Part shown: positions 59,188 through 64,000 of the stretch, one piece after another
Layout: each line of letters begins with the position of its first letter
Numbering within the stretch: the first letter of the stretch is position 1
Assembly: GCA_964570585.1 (NCBI GenBank)
Contig: CAZMYR010000002.1
Location: 7,313-71,312 of the forward strand
Source: an uncultured Planctomycetia bacterium
GTDB lineage: Bacteria; Omnitrophota; Gorgyraeia; JABMRG01; JAFGKX01
DNA: 64,000 nt
Reading direction: 5' to 3'
Made by a program: the position numbers and the translations under genes
Notes under the pieces: generated by a model
The model's database searches: none
What the model was told of the DNA's origin: nothing
What the model saw: only the letters and a program-made list of their open reading frames with translations

Positions 59188-62100
59188 CTAAGCTTGCTTT
59201 GGAGATAGCTTTAAAATTCTTTTATGCATCTTCTCATTATGCATCAGGTTATCGCAGGTTTTGATGCAGCCGATTTCCTTAAAATAAGGGTGGGTTTTAG
59301 ATAAAGTCTTGGCCCGGCATCTAAACTCATCATATTTTTTGCTGAACCAGATATCTTTAAAATTTTGCTTGTTTATATTTCCCATTGGCTCCTTTACTGC
59401 CCGACAGCAAGGAACGACGGTTCCATCAGCCATAATCCGGCAAAAAAACCAACCAACATAGCAGGGGATAAAATCTACTCTGTGGACATCATAATTACCC
59501 TTATAGCTCGAATCTCCAGAAACCCTTTCTAAGAACCCATCAAAATAATCCAAATTCAATCCATTGGCGGAGGCTCTATTCTGGCTTTCAATCTGTTTAG
59601 CCAATTTAAGAACTTCTTTAGATTGGGCCTGATTTAGGATTAAGCTATCCGTAGCCCCTTCAATAACATCAACCACGGTATAATAGAGATTCTCTGCTTT
59701 TACATCTTGAGCAAGCTTATACATCGCTGGAATATCCTGACAATTGAGATTGGTAATCACATTGGATAGGGTCAAAGAGGGCTTAGAATTCTTCCTTGTT
59801 TGAGCTAAATAAACCAAATTTTCCACAATCTCCTCAAAAAGACCCTGATTTACCCCGGGATGGGTCGCTTGATAGGTTTCATCATGAGCGGCCCACAGGC
59901 TCACTGCCAACTCATCTAATTCTAAATCCACTAATTGCTTTATCTTTTCTTTGTCCATTAAAGAAAAATTGGTGGTAACAGCAGCTTTTATTCCCTTTTT
60001 CTTGGTATATTCTAAGAGCTCCATAATATCAGAATGCATAAAGGGCTCTCCACCTCCAGTATAGCGAATCTTCTCTGCCCCTAAATCAGCTAATTCATCG
60101 ATCAATCTTTTAACTACTTCTGTATCTAATTGCATCCGTAACCATTCATGGTTAAAATCCTTGTTTTCTTCTTTTAAAAGGGATGAATACATCCAGCAGC
60201 CAATACAGCGCTGATTACATCGGTTGGTCAAATCAACAACAATATGCTCTGGTCCCTTAAATGCCCTTCTTCCATCGGTAATACCGGAAATAACCAAATC
60301 CTCTTTTGAGGCCTTTTTTAAAGAGACGCTCTTATGCTTATCTTCAGATTTAAACTTCCTTAAAGTCCTGGTTAATTTAGCCGTCACCGTAAATCCAGCC
60401 CTCTCAAGGGGTCCCAGAGACATCATTTTCTTATGCATATGCATATTTCTACCAATATCATCGCAGCTTTTATAGCAGCCGGCTTCCTGAGTATCCGGGT
60501 CGTTACCGATTAACCTGAAAAACGAGCCGTCCTTTTTATAAACCTTAGCCTTGCTCCGGAAATATCTTTGTTTTGAATTATTCCAGATACTCTTAAAATT
60601 GTCTCTATATAGATTGCCTACCGGAATCCGATGGGACTTAAGACAAGAATTTATATCCCCATTAGGCATAACCCGGGCAAACAACCAGCCAATATAGCAG
60701 GGCATCTTATCGATAATATTTCTATCGTAGGTGGCTTTTTGTAAATCTTGGCAGGAAGAAGTCCGGCGTAAGAAGGAATCAAATCTGAATAATAATACAT
60801 TATCAATGTAACCGCGGGCATCCATTCGCTGGGCAACCCTCTGACAGATTCTTTGAAGCTTCAGAGCCTGTTCAGTATCCAAGATTAATTTATCTGTTTT
60901 GCCCGGCATAGTATCAATAAGGGTAAACTCGACTGACTCCGAGCCCGTATATCTGGCCAGCTCAATCATCTCCTCTACCTCTTGATAATTCATCGTAAAC
61001 AAGACATTGTAGAGCTTTATATAAGGAGTTTCTCTTTTGTTCCTATTAAGATACCTTAAATTCTCCACAATCTGCCTAAAGGCCTCTTCATTTTTATTAG
61101 GATGGGTAATATCGTAGGTGTGAGCCGTCCCGGCCCAGGTACTGACGGTTAGATGCTCTACCCCCATCTTTATCAACTCATCTATTCTTTTTTTATCTAA
61201 AAGGGTAAAGTTTGTATTCACATAACAGACCAGGTCCCTGCTCTTAGTAAACTTGAGTATCTCCATAATATCAGGATGCATGAAGGGCTCTCCTCCGCCA
61301 GAGAAATAAATCTCTTTGCCTCCCAACTTGACAATTTCATCAATTACTTCCTTAACTATCTCTAAGGGTAATTCCTCCCTTTTTTCTTCTTGCGATAACC
61401 TCTTTTCTTCTAAAAGGGGAGAATTACACCAGCAGCCAATACAATTATTATTACAGTTATTGGTAAGGTCAATCTGGACATGAAAGGGGCCCTTATAGGC
61501 ATACTCTCCATCATAGATTCCTAAAATTTCTAAGAAATTCTTCTTTAACCAGGAAGGTTTTGCAAGCCTGAGAATCTTTCTTCCGGCAATCAATCCTCCA
61601 AACAGGGGTACCTTATCCCTGAAGAAACCTAAAAATCTCCTGTTTTGATAAATCCTCTCCCTATCAGGAATAAGCATCTTATTATCAAACTCAACCAATA
61701 TAAACCCTTCTAAATGGGGAATCACACCGTTAGTATAAATCCTCAAAATATGCTCACCCTGGCCAGCAAACAATATTGCTTCCTTAAAAGTCCTTAAATT
61801 TTTCCTTTTCCAGCCACCAGTAACCCCGGACATTCCATCCTCTTTAAGCAACCTATCATCCAGATATATATTCACCGGACGTTTCTCTCCTGAAGCATAT
61901 CTACTCCATAAAACATACCTTTTTGATTCCGGTAAATAAACCTTATATTCGGCAAAGCAAAACCCCTCGCCGCCATCAATTACCATGCCCTTACCAAATA
62001 TATGCTCTTGAATATTTAGATTTCCTGATTTAAATTTACTGGCAGGAATAATAAGCTTTATCTGCGCCTCAGGGAGACTGTAGTCTCCCTTTGCCTTTCT

Positions 62101-63567
62101 TTTCATAGTAAGTTGATGATTTAAACCCTTTTGTTTTTTATCTGAAAAAAATGACTCCTTAATCTGTAAATTCATACCTACATTATCGCAAGACTTATAG
62201 CAATTAATCTCTTTAAAATAAGGGTCGCTTTTAGGTAGGGACTTTGTCTTATATCTAAACTCTCGATAAGCAGGAGAGTCCCAGATTTCTAAAAAATTAT
62301 TCTTGTAAATATTGCCCAAAGGCTTAAGCACTGCTTTACAGCAAGGGATAACTTCACCGGTAGATAAAACCCGTGAGTATGTCCAACCCATATAACAGGG
62401 GAGATTATCAATTATGTCCTTTTCATAGACCTGCTCATATATATTAGCTGAATTTAATCGGCGCATAAAAGAACCAAAACCCAATATTGTTAAAAAGTTA
62501 AAGGTAATCTTGCTATTTTCACCAACAGGACAAAAGTTTTTAAGCTGAGGGCATTTTTTGCAATCCTCTTTAGAGAATTTAAAGGTCATTTTATTATCGA
62601 CCTCATTAATCAAAGGATTCACTTTAGTGGGTAGAGTAGAAAATCCCTCAGGACATCTCAACGAATGCATGGCCTCTTTTCCAACGCCATCTTTGTCTTT
62701 TAACCACTCCTTAAGAAAGAAATTTGGATAAATCCTTATAAATCGGCCGGGGAATTCCCTCAATTCCTTATCTTTTGCAACCTTTTGAGTTTTAAAATCG
62801 AGCAATCCTAATTCCTTAAAATATAAATCCCTGTGCTTGGTCAAGGCATCAAATTGCTCTTTGATATCTTTTACTTGCTGATCAGATAGAGCCAAAAATG
62901 AAGTTTCATCTTTAATGATATCCATTACCTGGAATTCAATAGACTCAACTTGTGTATCTAAAGCAAAATCAATCATCTGCTGGATTTCCCTATAATTTAG
63001 ATTACAAATTACGTTATAAATCTTTATATGGGGAAGATATTTATTTCCTTTAGTCTTTAACCTGGAGAGTCTCTTAAGACTATTTTTTATTTTATAAAAA
63101 TCTACTTCTGTCTTGCCGGGGTGAGTCTCTATATATGTTTCTGGGGTGGCAGCCCAGATACTTGCCGTAATCATATCCACGCCTAAATCGATGAGCCTTT
63201 TTGCTCTTTCCTCATCAATCAAGGTAAAATTGGTAATTATGTTAAGTTTTAGCTCTTTCATTTTTATTAATTCTATAATTTCTATAATATCGGGATGTAA
63301 AAATGGCTCGCCTGCGCCAGAAAGAAAAATTTCCTCTGTCCCTGAACGAGACAAGTCTTCGATTAATGTCTTGACTTTTGCGAATGGTAAACTAAGATTT
63401 TTATCACGCGGTGGATTCTTTATAAAAGAAGAGTGCACCCAGCAACCGATACAGTTGTTATTGCATTTACCGGTTAGGTCAATCTGAACAATCCCTGGAC
63501 CAGTAAAGGCACGCCTACCATCCATTATCCCTTTTAGGGCCGATTGATTAACCTTGGTCTCCAGCAT
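59188..63567 (-). CDS. Triple radical SAM/twitch protein with an internal CBM6/35-like domain
   Basis: Three CxxxCxxC motifs (CNNNCIGC twice, CNQRCIGC), three PCY-x-GW...C...CxxxCD auxiliary motifs; middle domain RYASG...TGGW...GEHILRI. Confidence 0.9.
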   Translation of the reverse strand: MLETKVNQSALKGIMDGRRAFTGPGIVQIDLTGKCNNNCIGCWVHSSFIKNPPRDKNLSLPFAKVKTLIEDLSRSGTEEIFLSGAGEPFLHPDIIEIIELIKMKELKLNIITNFTLIDEERAKRLIDLGVDMITASIWAATPETYIETHPGKTEVDFYKIKNSLKRLSRLKTKGNKYLPHIKIYNVICNLNYREIQQMIDFALDTQVESIEFQVMDIIKDETSFLALSDQQVKDIKEQFDALTKHRDLYFKELGLLDFKTQKVAKDKELREFPGRFIRIYPNFFLKEWLKDKDGVGKEAMHSLRCPEGFSTLPTKVNPLINEVDNKMTFKFSKEDCKKCPQLKNFCPVGENSKITFNFLTILGFGSFMRRLNSANIYEQVYEKDIIDNLPCYMGWTYSRVLSTGEVIPCCKAVLKPLGNIYKNNFLEIWDSPAYREFRYKTKSLPKSDPYFKEINCYKSCDNVGMNLQIKESFFSDKKQKGLNHQLTMKRKAKGDYSLPEAQIKLIIPASKFKSGNLNIQEHIFGKGMVIDGGEGFCFAEYKVYLPESKRYVLWSRYASGEKRPVNIYLDDRLLKEDGMSGVTGGWKRKNLRTFKEAILFAGQGEHILRIYTNGVIPHLEGFILVEFDNKMLIPDRERIYQNRRFLGFFRDKVPLFGGLIAGRKILRLAKPSWLKKNFLEILGIYDGEYAYKGPFHVQIDLTNNCNNNCIGCWCNSPLLEEKRLSQEEKREELPLEIVKEVIDEIVKLGGKEIYFSGGGEPFMHPDIMEILKFTKSRDLVCYVNTNFTLLDKKRIDELIKMGVEHLTVSTWAGTAHTYDITHPNKNEEAFRQIVENLRYLNRNKRETPYIKLYNVLFTMNYQEVEEMIELARYTGSESVEFTLIDTMPGKTDKLILDTEQALKLQRICQRVAQRMDARGYIDNVLLFRFDSFLRRTSSCQDLQKATYDRNIIDKMPCYIGWLFARVMPNGDINSCLKSHRIPVGNLYRDNFKSIWNNSKQRYFRSKAKVYKKDGSFFRLIGNDPDTQEAGCYKSCDDIGRNMHMHKKMMSLGPLERAGFTVTAKLTRTLRKFKSEDKHKSVSLKKASKEDLVISGITDGRRAFKGPEHIVVDLTNRCNQRCIGCWMYSSLLKEENKDFNHEWLRMQLDTEVVKRLIDELADLGAEKIRYTGGGEPFMHSDIMELLEYTKKKGIKAAVTTNFSLMDKEKIKQLVDLELDELAVSLWAAHDETYQATHPGVNQGLFEEIVENLVYLAQTRKNSKPSLTLSNVITNLNCQDIPAMYKLAQDVKAENLYYTVVDVIEGATDSLILNQAQSKEVLKLAKQIESQNRASANGLNLDYFDGFLERVSGDSSYKGNYDVHRVDFIPCYVGWFFCRIMADGTVVPCCRAVKEPMGNINKQNFKDIWFSKKYDEFRCRAKTLSKTHPYFKEIGCIKTCDNLMHNEKMHKRILKLSPKQA
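61942..62076. repeat. Direct repeat of at least 135 bp, second copy at 63866-64000 (runs off the window)
   Basis: Identical sequence at offset 1924 covering the start of the CBM-like domain. Confidence 0.9.
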
Positions 63568-63595
63568 TTAAATACCTTTTTCTTTTTGATTTTCG

Positions 63596-64000
63596 CTAAC
63601 TATCTTTGACTCCTTTAAGAAAAGCAAAACTGTGAATGTGAGGGATAAAACCTTTAGTATGTATCTTTAAGGTATGCTCCCCTTCACAGGCGTCGAGGGT
63701 TGTTTCTTTAAGCCAGCGTAAATCTTCCGTTGTCCAGCCAGAGGTTGTAGAATTCAATGCCTTTCTTTTAATTAAATTGGCATCAAAATAAAGTTCAACC
63801 GGACGCAGCTTATTAGTTGCATAATAAGACCAGAGCTCGTATCTGCCACCTTCCTTAAAATGCTTCTTATATTCGGCAAAGCAAAACCCCTCGCCGCCAT
63901 CAATTACCATGCCCTTACCAAATATATGCTCTTGAATATTTAGATTTCCTGATTTAAATTTACTGGCAGGAATAATAAGCTTTATCTGCGCCTCAGGGAG
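63596..64000 (-). CDS. 3' end of an upstream gene terminating in a CBM6/35-like domain (5'-truncated by the window)
   Basis: Frame open to 64000 (LPEAQIKLIIPASKFKSG...GGEGFCFAEY...YELWSYYA...TSGW...GEHTLKI). Confidence 0.75.
   Translation of the reverse strand, partial: LPEAQIKLIIPASKFKSGNLNIQEHIFGKGMVIDGGEGFCFAEYKKHFKEGGRYELWSYYATNKLRPVELYFDANLIKRKALNSTTSGWTTEDLRWLKETTLDACEGEHTLKIHTKGFIPHIHSFAFLKGVKDS

Overview
AT-rich (visually ~35% GC) diderm bacterial DNA, almost all on the minus strand. Gene style suggests a PVC/Omnitrophota-like organism (inference). (1) 1-2344: the 5' part of a long gene missed by the ORF track, encoding a signal peptide, a Zn/NAD alcohol dehydrogenase and two class II aldolase-like domains. 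(2) 2472-6020: a small integrase/excisionase/XRE module with palindromic operators, a HEPN-like gene and an exported trypsin-like protease, downstream of tRNA-Ser(GGA); tRNA-Ser(CGA) lies nearby. (3) 7210-17030: a polysaccharide export module (Wzc, Wza, Wzc-like, ExeA-like ATPase, degenerate HD-GYP, TPR, Wzz-like). (4) 17442-64000: a very large glycan synthesis/tailoring locus with GT2/GT4s, Wzm/Wzt, four ArnT/PMT-like GT-C enzymes, a DegT aminotransferase, a Cys-less AsnB-like ligase and 12 radical-SAM domains in 9 genes (8 cobalamin-type, 4 twitch/SPASM-type, including a triple radical-SAM protein with a CBM-like domain). Most notable: a fixed-length 66-bp double-hairpin mini-element nested inside itself and inside another palindromic repeat without target duplication, the signal-peptide-bearing enzyme fusion, the radical-SAM assembly line, and several exact partial-gene duplications suggesting domain shuffling. 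All calls come from manual motif reading; no database searches were run.
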